In this document: positions 33,318 to 43,528 of the stretch, piece after piece
Position numbering within the stretch: position 1 is the first letter of the stretch
How the letters are laid out: every line of letters starts with the position of its first letter
Source of the DNA: an uncultured Thermoplasmatales archaeon
Lineage (GTDB): Archaea; Thermoplasmatota; E2; UBA202; DSCA01
NCBI GenBank assembly: GCA_964514975.1
Contig: CAZESS010000002.1
Coordinates: 64,001-128,000, forward strand
DNA length: 64,000 bases
Direction: 5' to 3'
Made by a program: the position numbers and the translations under genes
Notes under the pieces: model-generated
Told to the model about the DNA's origin: nothing
What the model saw: only the letters and a program-made list of their open reading frames with translations
Databases searched by the model: none

Positions 33318-33881
33318 TTAAAAACGTTGAGCAGATGATGGGTTGCCGGCTGCTTCCCTAATATATCGGGTGGGGTCGACGAGGATGCCGGGCCGGCTAT
33401 CGCCGAACCAGTTGCCGCCCAGATATGCCTCATGTTGTGGCGGCTTCGCCCGATAGAGCTCGAAATGGAGCATCGATAGGTCGTCATGGTCGCCCAGCTC
33501 CCGGATATATGGTGGCGCCCCTGCGGTGATGGCGTCGCGGTTGAGGACGGTGCCGACATGGCCGACGAGGTCGCCGCCCCGGACGGTATCCCCGGGGATG
33601 ACGGCGATGTCGCGGAGCTCCCCGTATCTGGCGACCAGCGCTCCATGGCGTATGAGCACGTAATGGGTGGTGTTCCAGTATGGCAGGATGTCCGGCGACG
33701 TCATAACATCGGTTTCGATGACCGTTCCATGTTCGACGGCGTAAACCGGGCTGCCCGCAGGCGCATACAGGTCGACGCCGCAGTGACGCCGGTCGCCACG
33801 GTCTTCCCAGAAGGAGCCCGGGCTCCCCCGTGATGGAATCCTGCCACGGCCGTCCGGCACGGGCCACCATTTCTCCGTCAT
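33318..33881 (-). CDS. M23-family metallopeptidase-like protein
   Basis: HCGVDL..GSPVYA..G.V..GDTV..G..VGHVG..LHFE. Confidence 0.85.
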   Translation of the reverse strand: MTEKWWPVPDGRGRIPSRGSPGSFWEDRGDRRHCGVDLYAPAGSPVYAVEHGTVIETDVMTSPDILPYWNTTHYVLIRHGALVARYGELRDIAVIPGDTVRGGDLVGHVGTVLNRDAITAGAPPYIRELGDHDDLSMLHFELYRAKPPQHEAYLGGNWFGDSRPGILVDPTRYIREAAGNPSSAQRF

Positions 33882-34561
33882 TCGAGCCCTGCCTGTGTTA
33901 TCCGGAACGTAGCCCGTCCGCCGCTGGGCCTGGCGCGATGTTTGAGCAGCTCCGCCATCCGTGTTTCCGTGCCATCGTCGCTCTGGCCGTCGACCTTGTG
34001 CAGGCAGAGCGCTGTTTTCACCATGTGGTCGATGGTCCGCCCGCCGAAGGGTCGCATTTCTCCGTCCATGGCGTAGACCTGCGAGGTCACCATCACCGGG
34101 ATGCTGCGTTTCCGGGCGGCCACCTGGAGGGTGACCAGCTGCCGGCTGAGCGAGCGGGTGGCAGCGCTTTCGTCGCCCTCCATCGACAGCCGGTAGTAGA
34201 GGTTGACGCTGTCGACGACGATGAGCCCGCCGTCTATTTTAACGGCTTTTTCCACCATCTGCTCCTGTTCGTCCATCGAATAGGGCTGGAAAAAAAGGAT
34301 GTGCCTGGTGAGCTCCTGGCTGCCGTTGCATATCTGCCCCAGCCGTTCCTCCGACACGCCCTCGGTGTCCACATAGGCCACCTTGTCCCCCCTGGCGGCG
34401 CAGTTCCGGGCTGCCTGCAGGCAGATGTTGGTTTTGCCGCTGCCGCCCTCGCCGTGTATCTCGGTGACGATGCCGCATTCAAGGCCGCCGCCAAGCAGGC
34501 GGTCGAGCGACGGGCAGTCCAGTGGAAGGACGCATGCATCCACGGGTAGCAAGCTCCACAA
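33878..34561 (-). CDS. radB: RadB recombination paralog
   Basis: LDRLLGGG, GEGGSGKTN, VDTEG..ERL, KHR motif (start uncertain). Confidence 0.93.
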   Translation of the reverse strand: MWSLLPVDACVLPLDCPSLDRLLGGGLECGIVTEIHGEGGSGKTNICLQAARNCAARGDKVAYVDTEGVSEERLGQICNGSQELTRHILFFQPYSMDEQEQMVEKAVKIDGGLIVVDSVNLYYRLSMEGDESAATRSLSRQLVTLQVAARKRSIPVMVTSQVYAMDGEMRPFGGRTIDHMVKTALCLHKVDGQSDDGTETRMAELLKHRARPSGGRATFRITQAGLE

Positions 34562-34579
34562 TGCCTAAAAGGTTTTCGT

Positions 34580-35998
34580 TTACACGGCGCCGAGGATACT
34601 GCCGGCCTGGCGTATCTCCATCAGGTTGGTGATGCCGGTGACCGAGTTGGGAACACCGGCGGTGATGACCAGCATGTCGTCGTCGGTGACCTCACCCTGG
34701 TTCTTCAAAAAAGACGTGGTGTCGTAGATGAGATCGTCGAAGTATTCCTTGAACGCGATATGATAGGGACGGACCCCCCAGACGAGGCGGAGCTGCCGCT
34801 GCACCTCCCGCGAGTTTGTGAACGCGATGATGTCGGTCATCGGCCGGTATCTGGAGATGTTCCGAGCCGTCGAACCCGACGAGGTATGCGCGACGATGTA
34901 GTCGACGTCGATTTCGTTGCAGGCCCGCCAGACGTTCTTGGAGATGATGTCCGCCACGCTGTTGCTCCCGCCCTCGACGGTCCGATGGACATGGTCACGG
35001 AAAAACATTTCCACCTTTTCCAGCACCTCGGCCATGAACATGAACGCCTCCACGGGATAGGAGCCGATGGCTGTCTCCTCGGACAGCATGACCGCATCGG
35101 TGCCGTCCAGCACCGCATTTGCCACATCCGATGCCTCAGCCCGTGATGCCCGCGGATGCTCGGTCATCGACTCCAGCATCTGCGTCGCCGTGATAACCGG
35201 GGTGCCCCGCGCATTGCACTTCCGGATGATGTTTTTCTGCGTCAACGGGACATCGGAGGCGGGTATCTCGACGCCCAGGTCGCCACGGGCAACCATGACG
35301 CCGTCGGCAGCAGCGATGATAGCGTCGATGTTTTCAAGCGCCTGCATGCTTTCGATTTTCGAGATGACGCCGGCACGGGAGCCCTGGCTGCGCAGCAGCT
35401 CCCGTATCTCCCGGACCTCCCCGGCGGTCTCCACGAACGAGGCCGCAACGAAGTCCACGTTTTTTTCCACGCCATACCGGATGTCCCGGCGGTCTTTGTC
35501 GGTGGGCGCCTGTAGGTCCAGGTGTCGCCCGGGGACGTTGACGGACTGCTGGCTGCCCACCATGCCGCCGTGGCGGACGCGGCAGACGGCGGCGTCATCG
35601 ACATGTTCGACGACGAGGGCGACGTTGCCGTCATCCAGCAGTATTTCGTCCCCGGGATGAATGTGCGCCAGGAGCCCGGGATGGGCGACGGGCAGCATTT
35701 CTGCGCTCGATGCATCGCCGATGGTAAGCGAGACAGTGTCGTCCGTGCTGAGCTCACGGGGCTGCTCCATGACGCCGAGGCGTATCTCCGGTCCCTGTGT
35801 GTCAAGCATGATGGCCACCTCGTCGCTTATTTCGCGGATGGCGTCGATGTTCCGGCCGTGCTGCTCATGGGTGCCATGCGAAAAGTTGAGGCGGGCGACG
35901 TCCAGTCCACTGTCGATGAGCTGACGGAGGACCTCCGGTTTTTCCGATGCAGGGCCGATGGTCGCCACGATCTTTGTTTTTCTCATGGTCATGTCCAT
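34580..35998 (-). CDS. pyk: Pyruvate kinase
   Basis: KTKIVATIGPAS, ARLNFSHG, MVARGDLGVE, ATQMLESM, DGTDAVMLS. Confidence 0.97.
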   Translation of the reverse strand: MDMTMRKTKIVATIGPASEKPEVLRQLIDSGLDVARLNFSHGTHEQHGRNIDAIREISDEVAIMLDTQGPEIRLGVMEQPRELSTDDTVSLTIGDASSAEMLPVAHPGLLAHIHPGDEILLDDGNVALVVEHVDDAAVCRVRHGGMVGSQQSVNVPGRHLDLQAPTDKDRRDIRYGVEKNVDFVAASFVETAGEVREIRELLRSQGSRAGVISKIESMQALENIDAIIAAADGVMVARGDLGVEIPASDVPLTQKNIIRKCNARGTPVITATQMLESMTEHPRASRAEASDVANAVLDGTDAVMLSEETAIGSYPVEAFMFMAEVLEKVEMFFRDHVHRTVEGGSNSVADIISKNVWRACNEIDVDYIVAHTSSGSTARNISRYRPMTDIIAFTNSREVQRQLRLVWGVRPYHIAFKEYFDDLIYDTTSFLKNQGEVTDDDMLVITAGVPNSVTGITNLMEIRQAGSILGAV

Positions 35999-36110
35999 CG
36001 GTAAACAGCAGGGCTTTATTTGGTTTTATGCCACCAGGGAATATGCGGCCGGCGGATGCGGTCACAAAAAAAAATAGATATGTTGATATATCCTCGGGGT
36101 ATTTTTTCGT

Positions 36111-37451
36111 ATGGTACATCAGGAAACAGACTCCGGAGGAAAGGGAAACGTGTCGTTCTGGTCGGTGGTCGCCATCGGCATCGGCGGCATGGTCGGCGGC
36201 GGCATCTTCGCCGTGCTCGGATTCGCAGTGCAACTCGGCAGGGGGGCAACGCCGGTTTCGTTTCTGGTGGCAGGCATCGTGGCGGTGCTGACCGCGTATT
36301 CATATGCCCGGATGAGCGTCCGGTATCCCAGCGAGGGCGGCACCGTCGAGTTTCTCAACAAAGGGTTTGGCCCGGGGTTTTTCACCGGCGGGCTGAACGT
36401 CCTCCTCTGGATCAGCTACATCGTCATGCTGTCCCTCTACGCGTACGCATTCGGCCATTACGGCGCCAGCTTTTTCAACAGCAACCAGACGCTGTGGACA
36501 CATCTGCTCATCAGCGTTGGCATCCTGCTCTTTGCAGGACTGAACGCCCTGGGGTCGACATTGGTCGGCCGGGCTGAGAAGGCCGTGGTGGCCATCAAGC
36601 TGTCAATCCTTTTTCTGTTCATCGCTGTCGGCATATGGAGCATCGACGGCGGCCGCCTGTCCCCGTCCGCATGGGGCGACCCGGTACACATCGTCGCCGG
36701 AGGCATGGTCATTTTTCTCGCCTACGAGGGGTTCGAGCTCATCGCGAACACCGCAAACGACGTGGTGCAACCGAAGAAGACGCTTCCCCGGGCGTTTTTC
36801 ACCGCAGTGGTATTCGTCATCGGGCTCTATGTGGTCATATCGATGGTCACCGTGGGAAACCTCGCCATCGCGGACATCGTCTCTGCAAAGGACTACGCGC
36901 TGGCCGAGGCAGCCCGCCCGTTTCTCGGCAACGCCGGCTTCGTGCTCATCGCCATCGCCGCGCTGCTCTCAACCGGCTCCGCCATCAACGCCACATTGTA
37001 TGGCACCGCCCGGGTGAGCTACATCATCGCGAAGGACGGCGAACTGCCCAGGCAGCTGGACAAAAAGGTCTGGCATCGACATATCGAGGGATTGCTCATC
37101 ACCGCCGCGCTGGCGCTCGTCGTTGCCAACCTGTTCGACGTGTCATCCATCTCGATGATGGGCAGCGCCGGCTTCCTCATCATCTTTGCGATGGTGAACG
37201 TGGCGAACGCGCGTCGCTGCAAGGAGACGGACAGCAACCGGTGGATAGCATTGCTTGGCGCATCCGTTTGCCTGGGCTCGCTGGTCGCGCTTATCTACAA
37301 CAGGGCGGTGCATGCGCCGAAGGACCTGGCTGTCCTGGTGGTGATGCTGGCCGCCGCCTTTGGCATCGAATGGCTGTACCGCCGGATGACGGGGCGGGAG
37401 CTGAAGGAAACCATTGCGCCGGGAACGAGGCATGAGGCACGGCAGGATTAG
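36111..37451 (+). CDS. APC-family amino acid permease
   Basis: GGMVGGGIFAV, PSEGG, FLAYEGFE; about 12 TM helices. Confidence 0.92.
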   Translation: MVHQETDSGGKGNVSFWSVVAIGIGGMVGGGIFAVLGFAVQLGRGATPVSFLVAGIVAVLTAYSYARMSVRYPSEGGTVEFLNKGFGPGFFTGGLNVLLWISYIVMLSLYAYAFGHYGASFFNSNQTLWTHLLISVGILLFAGLNALGSTLVGRAEKAVVAIKLSILFLFIAVGIWSIDGGRLSPSAWGDPVHIVAGGMVIFLAYEGFELIANTANDVVQPKKTLPRAFFTAVVFVIGLYVVISMVTVGNLAIADIVSAKDYALAEAARPFLGNAGFVLIAIAALLSTGSAINATLYGTARVSYIIAKDGELPRQLDKKVWHRHIEGLLITAALALVVANLFDVSSISMMGSAGFLIIFAMVNVANARRCKETDSNRWIALLGASVCLGSLVALIYNRAVHAPKDLAVLVVMLAAAFGIEWLYRRMTGRELKETIAPGTRHEARQD

Positions 37452-39292
37452 CTTGCTGTACCGCCGAGCTGCAGCGACGGGTCGCCGAGGAGCACCCAGG
37501 CGGAGACGGTCTTGCAGTCCCAGATGTCCAGGTAGGCGTTGTTCCATTCAACCGGCGACGTGTTAAGATATTCGGTGACGGCCGCATTGCACATTTCGCC
37601 AGCAACTGCGATGTTCTTCTGGCCGTACTGCTTGAACACCAGGGTGTCGAGGTAACCGCTTGCATATTCGATGATGTCCGGTTTGCCGTTGCCGTTGACG
37701 TCGTCGTCTGCGCCCCATGACAGGCTGGTATAGCCCGTGGTGGCGATGGCACCCTTCCCCGGGGCGCGGACGAGCTGCCAGGCGAAGCATTGATAGGTGT
37801 GGCTCATGTCGGCGATGTGGCAGCCGCCGAGCACGACGAAGGGCAACATGCCCCTGTTGCCCAAGTCGGGGATGTCCTGTACCTGTATCCCGATCCATGT
37901 GTTGTAGTCGTGCGGGGGATGGGTCGCCCAGGAGAGATAGTTGCCGTGTCCCTCCAGGTTTACGAAGCCGGCGCCCTGGCTCCACTCGTCTTTGATGTTC
38001 TCTGTGGTCAGCCCGCCGTTGGAGCCGAGGAGCTTCACCGGCGTGAAGCCGTCCATGTAGCCAACTGAGGCGTTCACCGTGATCTCTCCCTCGTAGTAGT
38101 CTGTTCCCCACTGTGGCATGTCGTTGAACGAGTCCCCGCCGGCCACGACGAAGCGCTTGTACCAGTCGCCGGCCGCGGTGCTCTCATACGTGATGATCTT
38201 GTCGACTGTCAGCCATGCCTCGATAAGGCTGCGGCACGCAAGCCGGCCGACGTGCACATCCGGGTACAGGTCCATTTGGTCTATGTTGCCCGAATGGTTG
38301 TATTCGCCATAGTAGCCGTTGTCGTTGCTGTCCCATGAGACAAAGCCGCCGCTGCCGTCGTAGATGTCCGCGTAGTACAGGTCGCTGGTGAACGTCTCCG
38401 AGCTGTCGGCTGAAGGCTGCGTATACACGGCCCGCATCGGCACGCGGCCCGGGCCGCCCATGACGAGCACGTACCGGGTGCCCCACTGCTCGACGGCGTT
38501 TTTGATGAAATATTTTATCTGCTCCGCCGCATCGCTGCCCTCGGCCGGGAAAAATCTGCCGTGGGATATCTGCCATGGCATCGCCCACCGGCATGTGATG
38601 CCCAGCGATTCCTTGTGCTCGATGAGGCGGGTGACGGCCGGGTAGAACGTCAGCGGGCTGATGACCACCATGTCGGCACCGTCGCCGGTCTCGAGCCCTG
38701 CACCCGGCTTGTAGGAGACCGATATGTCGACGCTGCGGATGTACTCGATGGCGTCATCGGCGGGATGATACCGCACGGGATACACGTTCAGCGTGAAAAA
38801 GGTGACATGCTCGCCGTTTTGCAGGCCGCCGCTGGTCCGCCATCGTATCCAGTCGGATGGAAACGGCTCGCTGCCCCGATATACTGACCCCTCGTGTACC
38901 TCGCTGGACAGGTCGCCGTCGCGGGAGATAAGGCGTGGGGCGGGCATCGGCGTGCCCTGCAGTTCCATCGTGGCGACGTCACCTGTGCTGACCTGCACAT
39001 CGGATATGCGGGTGCCCAGCGGAAACGAGAGCGTCCTGGTCGCATAGGGCAAAATGGGTCGTCCGGCGCTCCGCGTGAGACGGCATCCGTCCACGTTGAC
39101 GTTCAGGTATCCCTGTTTTTCAATCAGGCTGGGTGCCGCGAATTCCATGGAGATATGCCGCGATGGCCCGCTGTCATCTGTCGCATGCTGCCGCCCTGCT
39201 GGTTCATCGATACCGGGGATGCCAACGCTGACCGCGCTCGCCACGAAAAGCCCCGCCATCAAAATACCGAGAATCTGTGCTCTCAACCTCAT
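37448..39292 (-). CDS. C25 (gingipain-family) cysteine peptidase with propeptide
   Basis: Signal peptide; SDLYYAD, PDVHVGRL, EGHG and GGCH catalytic dyad, LLGDP. Confidence 0.92.
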   Translation of the reverse strand: MRLRAQILGILMAGLFVASAVSVGIPGIDEPAGRQHATDDSGPSRHISMEFAAPSLIEKQGYLNVNVDGCRLTRSAGRPILPYATRTLSFPLGTRISDVQVSTGDVATMELQGTPMPAPRLISRDGDLSSEVHEGSVYRGSEPFPSDWIRWRTSGGLQNGEHVTFFTLNVYPVRYHPADDAIEYIRSVDISVSYKPGAGLETGDGADMVVISPLTFYPAVTRLIEHKESLGITCRWAMPWQISHGRFFPAEGSDAAEQIKYFIKNAVEQWGTRYVLVMGGPGRVPMRAVYTQPSADSSETFTSDLYYADIYDGSGGFVSWDSNDNGYYGEYNHSGNIDQMDLYPDVHVGRLACRSLIEAWLTVDKIITYESTAAGDWYKRFVVAGGDSFNDMPQWGTDYYEGEITVNASVGYMDGFTPVKLLGSNGGLTTENIKDEWSQGAGFVNLEGHGNYLSWATHPPHDYNTWIGIQVQDIPDLGNRGMLPFVVLGGCHIADMSHTYQCFAWQLVRAPGKGAIATTGYTSLSWGADDDVNGNGKPDIIEYASGYLDTLVFKQYGQKNIAVAGEMCNAAVTEYLNTSPVEWNNAYLDIWDCKTVSAWVLLGDPSLQLGGTAS

Positions 39293-39359
39293 GGGTATTG
39301 CATCGACCGGCTGTTTTTAAGGATTGCCCGGAGATGCGTGGTCGCTCCGTGTGGAGATG

Positions 39360-39830
39360 TTACCTGCTGGCGGGCAGGATGCAGTCGTAGAAGACCTGGG
39401 TCTCGGCGCTGCCGCTGTTGCCGCTGGTGTCCTCAGCGGTGACGGTGAGGGTGTAGACGCCGAAGCCGGGGCCGAGGGAGCCCGTCCATTCGAAGGTGTT
39501 GTTGCAGGGGACGAAGTAGGCGTCGATGCCGGGCTTGTCGTCGAGTGATACGGTGACGGTGAGCTCGCTTGGATGGTCGACGTTGTCGACGGCGACGGCG
39601 ACGCCTGGCCTGAACAAAAATGCGCCCATGGTCATGGTCAGGCCGAATGGATTGCGGAACAGCTGGATGCCGGCAAAATGTATGTATCCCTCCTCGGGGC
39701 TGAGGATGGTGACGTCCGGCGGCGTGGTGTCGTCGTCCATGGATGCCGCCGTCCCGGCTGCATGGCCGCCGGCGATGCCGGCTGCGATGAAAAGGATTGC
39801 TAGTGCCAGAGCCAATATCCTGTTGTTCAT
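39360..39830 (-). CDS. Secreted protein with Ig-like domain
   Basis: Signal peptide; DTTPPDVTILSP..YTLTVTAEDTSGN. Confidence 0.7.
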   Translation of the reverse strand: MNNRILALALAILFIAAGIAGGHAAGTAASMDDDTTPPDVTILSPEEGYIHFAGIQLFRNPFGLTMTMGAFLFRPGVAVAVDNVDHPSELTVTVSLDDKPGIDAYFVPCNNTFEWTGSLGPGFGVYTLTVTAEDTSGNSGSAETQVFYDCILPASR

Positions 39831-39888
39831 GTTGTGCCTCCTGTCCGTTCATCTGCCACATGGTTTTTATACCTTCCGATGTCGCCAT

Positions 39889-39972
39889 GCGCGACGCCCA
39901 TTCATGGACTACATCGCCGGGCAGCGTGACTACACCCCGCGACGGTATGACACCATTGACCGATGGGGCTAC
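39889..39972 (+). pseudogene. Remnant resembling a sulfotransferase C-terminus
   Basis: ARRPFMDYIAGQ..TIDRWGY vs ARDAFAGYLASQ..TVDRWGY at about 55860-55990. Confidence 0.45.
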
Positions 39973-40015
39973 ACGCCAGAGGGACGAAAAAAGACGGTGG
40001 GGTGCACAGCCATCC

Positions 40016-40447
40016 CTACAGCCGCGGGAGAGTGTCCAGCTCGCCGGCGTGGAGGACGTCGAGCAGCCGTTCGCCTGCCTGCATGACTTCACTGCTCATT
40101 TGGTCGAACCATCGGGGCTGGACGCCGATGAGCATGATGTCTGCATCCGCTGTGTCTGCGAGGTAGTCGATGAACACGCTGAGCGGCATCGCATGGGTGG
40201 AAAACGACGCCGTTCCCATCCTGTCCCGGGGTATCCGCCGGATGGCTCCAGGGGAGAGCCCCATGTCGGCCGCGTCTACGATGACCACGCGCCGGGGCTT
40301 CAGCCGCCGTATCTCCCCGGTGTAATTTTCCGGGACGGTGAAACAGTCGACGGCGTGCCATCCCTCCATGCTCACACGGCGGGCTATCCATGGGCCGATG
40401 CCGTCGTCGCCGTTGCCGTCGTTCCCCACGCCGAGGAGCACGTCCAT
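40016..40447 (-). CDS. hycI: HycI-type hydrogenase maturation endopeptidase
   Basis: GVGN..GDDGIG, TVPEN, IVDAA, STHAMPL, IGVQP. Confidence 0.88.
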   Translation of the reverse strand: MDVLLGVGNDGNGDDGIGPWIARRVSMEGWHAVDCFTVPENYTGEIRRLKPRRVVIVDAADMGLSPGAIRRIPRDRMGTASFSTHAMPLSVFIDYLADTADADIMLIGVQPRWFDQMSSEVMQAGERLLDVLHAGELDTLPRL

Positions 40448-40498
40448 GCATGGTAAAGCGCCGGGTATTTTAAAAACGTCGCGGCGGCAAATGTTTAT

Positions 40499-40846
40499 AT
40501 GAGCGGGCGTTTTTTTGTGTCAGTGGCACAGGTCAGCAGCGACATCACGGCAGCCCTCGAAAAACAGGGCAACAACACGCTCGTCAGGGTCCGGGTAGCC
40601 ACGGGGAGCGACACCGCCCGGTTTCCCGCCGGCTACGACCAATGGCGCCACTGTATCGAGGCAGCGGTAACGGCGCCGCCGGAGCGCGGCAGGGCGAACA
40701 GGGAGCTACTCGAGCTGGCATCTGCTTTTTTTGACCTGGCATCCGATGAAATCGCGCTGGCATATGGCCATACCGGCCGGGAGAAGGGCGTGCTCATAGG
40801 GCGACCGATCGACCACGTGGAACAGCGGCTCAGCCATGGACTATAG
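40499..40846 (+). CDS. UPF0235/DUF167 family protein
   Basis: VTAPPERGRANREL..G.TGREK (start uncertain). Confidence 0.8.
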   Translation: MSGRFFVSVAQVSSDITAALEKQGNNTLVRVRVATGSDTARFPAGYDQWRHCIEAAVTAPPERGRANRELLELASAFFDLASDEIALAYGHTGREKGVLIGRPIDHVEQRLSHGL

Positions 40847-41246
40847 AGAGGGACTGGAGGAGGTCAGGGACATCATCGCGGAGATACGCAGCCGCAACGA
40901 GACCGTTCCCATCCTGGTTGAGGGCGAAAAAGACGTGGCGGCGCTCCGCCGTCTCGGTGTCACCGGGACCATTTTGACCGTCCATGCAGGGGTCTCCCTG
41001 GTCGACGTCTGCGATCACATCGCCATGTTGTACAGCGAGATCATCCTGCTGACCGACTGGGACCGGAAGGGCGGCCGGCTGGCCCGGGCCATCGAAAAAA
41101 ACCTGTCGGGGCGCACCCGCTGCATCACCGAGTTCCGGGGCCGGCTGGCCGGGCACACCATGGTGAAGGACATCGAGGGGCTTCCCTCCTACCTGGACAG
41201 CATGCAGCGGAAAATCGAAAACGGGCGGGAACGGCAGCCATCGTAA
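40836..41246 (+). CDS. Small TOPRIM-domain protein (RNase M5-like)
   Basis: LVEGEKD, LLTDWDRKG, KDIEGL. Confidence 0.85.
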   Translation: MDYREGLEEVRDIIAEIRSRNETVPILVEGEKDVAALRRLGVTGTILTVHAGVSLVDVCDHIAMLYSEIILLTDWDRKGGRLARAIEKNLSGRTRCITEFRGRLAGHTMVKDIEGLPSYLDSMQRKIENGRERQPS

Positions 41247-41276
41247 GCTATATGACGCCTGGGACGATGCAGCAAT

Positions 41277-41855
41277 ATGCGCACCTTTTTGGTCGTCGGA
41301 AGCCAGGCCGCCACGGCGCCGTTCAACCTCAACGGGCTGCCCAACGCGGGGCGGATGGACGTGCTCTGTCGATGTGTCGGCCAGGCGCTGTGTATCTCCC
41401 ATGGCGTGCGGCGGGACACCATGCTGTATCTGCTTTTGCTGGGGCCGCCCAATCCGCCGAAGGCGCTTCATATCCGGGGTGACAGGGTTCGCTACCTGGG
41501 GCCCGATGAGCGGAACATCGCCGGTCTCATCCGGAGGGCGCTCGACGTCGATGCAGATGATAGCTGGCGGGAGAGCACCCCGGGCGTGTTTGTTGCCCGG
41601 CGCGACCTTGCAGGGCTGCTCGACGAGCTGTCACATCCCGTGGTGTATCTGCACGAAGCGGGCGTGGATATCTGCGAGGCAGAGGTTCCCGGGGGCTGCC
41701 TCTGGGTGTTGGGCGACCATGGCGGTCTGCCGCCCATCTGCCGGGACGTCGTGGAAAGCCGTGCTGACAGGACGGTTGCCCTGTCCCCGCTGTCGCTGCA
41801 GGCCGACCAGTGTATCACCCTGGTGCACAACGAGCTCGACCGATGGGAACAGTAG
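41277..41855 (+). CDS. trmY: tRNA (pseudouridine54-N1)-methyltransferase
   Basis: GRMDVLCRC, SHGVRRD, PDERN, STPG, LGDH. Confidence 0.92.
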   Translation: MRTFLVVGSQAATAPFNLNGLPNAGRMDVLCRCVGQALCISHGVRRDTMLYLLLLGPPNPPKALHIRGDRVRYLGPDERNIAGLIRRALDVDADDSWRESTPGVFVARRDLAGLLDELSHPVVYLHEAGVDICEAEVPGGCLWVLGDHGGLPPICRDVVESRADRTVALSPLSLQADQCITLVHNELDRWEQ

Positions 41856-42088
41856 CTACGCATGCCCCGGGGTATCCGTGGGTGCAGGTAATCCATGTTA
41901 TCTTCCGCGGCCTGGTGGTCAGCATTTTTTTTTTCGATGTCGATGCCCATGACCACCGAGTAGCTGCCGCTGTCCTTCTCTTGCATAATTTCGATGACGA
42001 CCAGGTCGTGCAGCGTCCGCATTTTGAGGCGGTCGCGGATGCCGATTTTTGGCCTCCATGGGTCTGCAACCGCTGCCGTTTTACGGCG

Positions 42089-43528
42089 TTATCGCTTCCG
42101 CTGGAGGTCCTGCCATGTCAGGATGGGGTTCCGGGCTGCTTTGACCTCGTCGATGCGCTTCACCGGCGTCCGCTGCGGCGCCTGCCGGAGCACCTCTGAT
42201 GGCTCCCGGGCGATGGCGTTGAGCGCCTCCGCATATGCATCGAGCGACTGGCTGCGTTCGCTCTCGGTGGGCTCTATCATCAGCGCCTCGGAAACGTTGA
42301 GCGGAAAATACATCGTGGGAGGATGCAGCCCGTGGTCGAGCAGGCGCTTGGCGACATCGAGCGCTCTGACGCCCCGCTGCTTGAGCGGCTCCGCGCTGAC
42401 GACGAACTCGTGCATCCGCCGCCCGGGATAGGGCAGCCTGTAGGCATTGCTGTCGAGCTGCTCGAGCAGGTAGTTGGCGTTGAGCACGGCTCGTTCCGAG
42501 ACATGGCGCAGCCCGTTGCCCATCCGGAGCAGATATGCATAGGTTTTCAGGAGCACGGGCACGTTGCCATAAAAATGTGAGACATGGCCGACCGATTGCG
42601 GGTAATCATAGCTCCAGCTGTAGCCGTCGTCGGTGCTGGCGACGCGGGGGACCGGCAGAAAGCGCTCCAGCTCCGCGGACACACCGACCGGACCGGCTCC
42701 GGGTCCGCCCCCGCCGTGCGGCGTCGCAAACGTCTTGTGGGGGTTGAGATGGACGATGTCGAAGCCCATGTCACCTGGCCGGGCTCTACCCATGATGGCG
42801 TTGAGGTTGGCGCCGTCATAGTAGAGCAATGCGCCGGCATCTCTGACCATGGCCGCTATCTCCAGGATGTCTCGCTCGAAGATGCCGAGCGTGTTGGGGT
42901 TGGTGAGCATGAACGCGGCCGTGTCATCGGACAGCGCCGCCTCCAGTGCGTCCAGGTCGACGCGTCCCTCCCTTGACGGTATCTCGACGACGTCGTAGCC
43001 GGCCATCTTCGCCGACGCGGGATTGGTGCCGTGGGCGCTGTCGGGCAGGATGACCTCGCTCCGCCGGTCGCCGCGCTGTTCGTGGTAGGCACGGGTGATG
43101 AGCATGCCAGTGAACTCGCCGTGGGCACCGGCAGCTGGCTGCAGCGAAAACGCGTGCATGCCCGTAATCGTGCAGAGCATGTCCTTGAGATGATACAGGA
43201 TTTCGAGGATGCCCTGCACCGTGGATGGATCCTGCCAGGGATGCAGCCCTGTCATCCGATGTCGCGATGCAAGGCGCTCGCCAAGCCGGGGGTTGTATTT
43301 CATGGTGCAGGAGCCCAGCGGATAGGGGCCGGTGTCAACGCCGTAGTTCATCTGGCTGAGATGGACATAGTGGCGGAGAAGGCTGCTTTCATCCAGCCCC
43401 GGAACATTGAGGCTGCCACGCTGCAGATACCTGGGAAGCAACGGCATGTTTCCATCCTCCCGTTCGTCTCCATCATTCCGGGAGAGCTCGCCGAGCAACG
43501 GCTCGTCGTAGGAGGCCATCCTATACAT
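42089..43528 (-). CDS. gcvPB: Glycine dehydrogenase (decarboxylating) subunit 2
   Basis: PLGSCTMKYNP, QPAAGAHGE, SAHGTNPAS, HKTFATPHGGGGPG. Confidence 0.96.
   Translation of the reverse strand: MYRMASYDEPLLGELSRNDGDEREDGNMPLLPRYLQRGSLNVPGLDESSLLRHYVHLSQMNYGVDTGPYPLGSCTMKYNPRLGERLASRHRMTGLHPWQDPSTVQGILEILYHLKDMLCTITGMHAFSLQPAAGAHGEFTGMLITRAYHEQRGDRRSEVILPDSAHGTNPASAKMAGYDVVEIPSREGRVDLDALEAALSDDTAAFMLTNPNTLGIFERDILEIAAMVRDAGALLYYDGANLNAIMGRARPGDMGFDIVHLNPHKTFATPHGGGGPGAGPVGVSAELERFLPVPRVASTDDGYSWSYDYPQSVGHVSHFYGNVPVLLKTYAYLLRMGNGLRHVSERAVLNANYLLEQLDSNAYRLPYPGRRMHEFVVSAEPLKQRGVRALDVAKRLLDHGLHPPTMYFPLNVSEALMIEPTESERSQSLDAYAEALNAIAREPSEVLRQAPQRTPVKRIDEVKAARNPILTWQDLQRKR

Noticed and set aside
41856-42088. 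Minus-strand frame faintly like an archease C-terminus (LKMRTLHDL..GSYSVVMGIDI)
   Set aside because: Similarity too weak, no clear start, interrupted by a T10 tract
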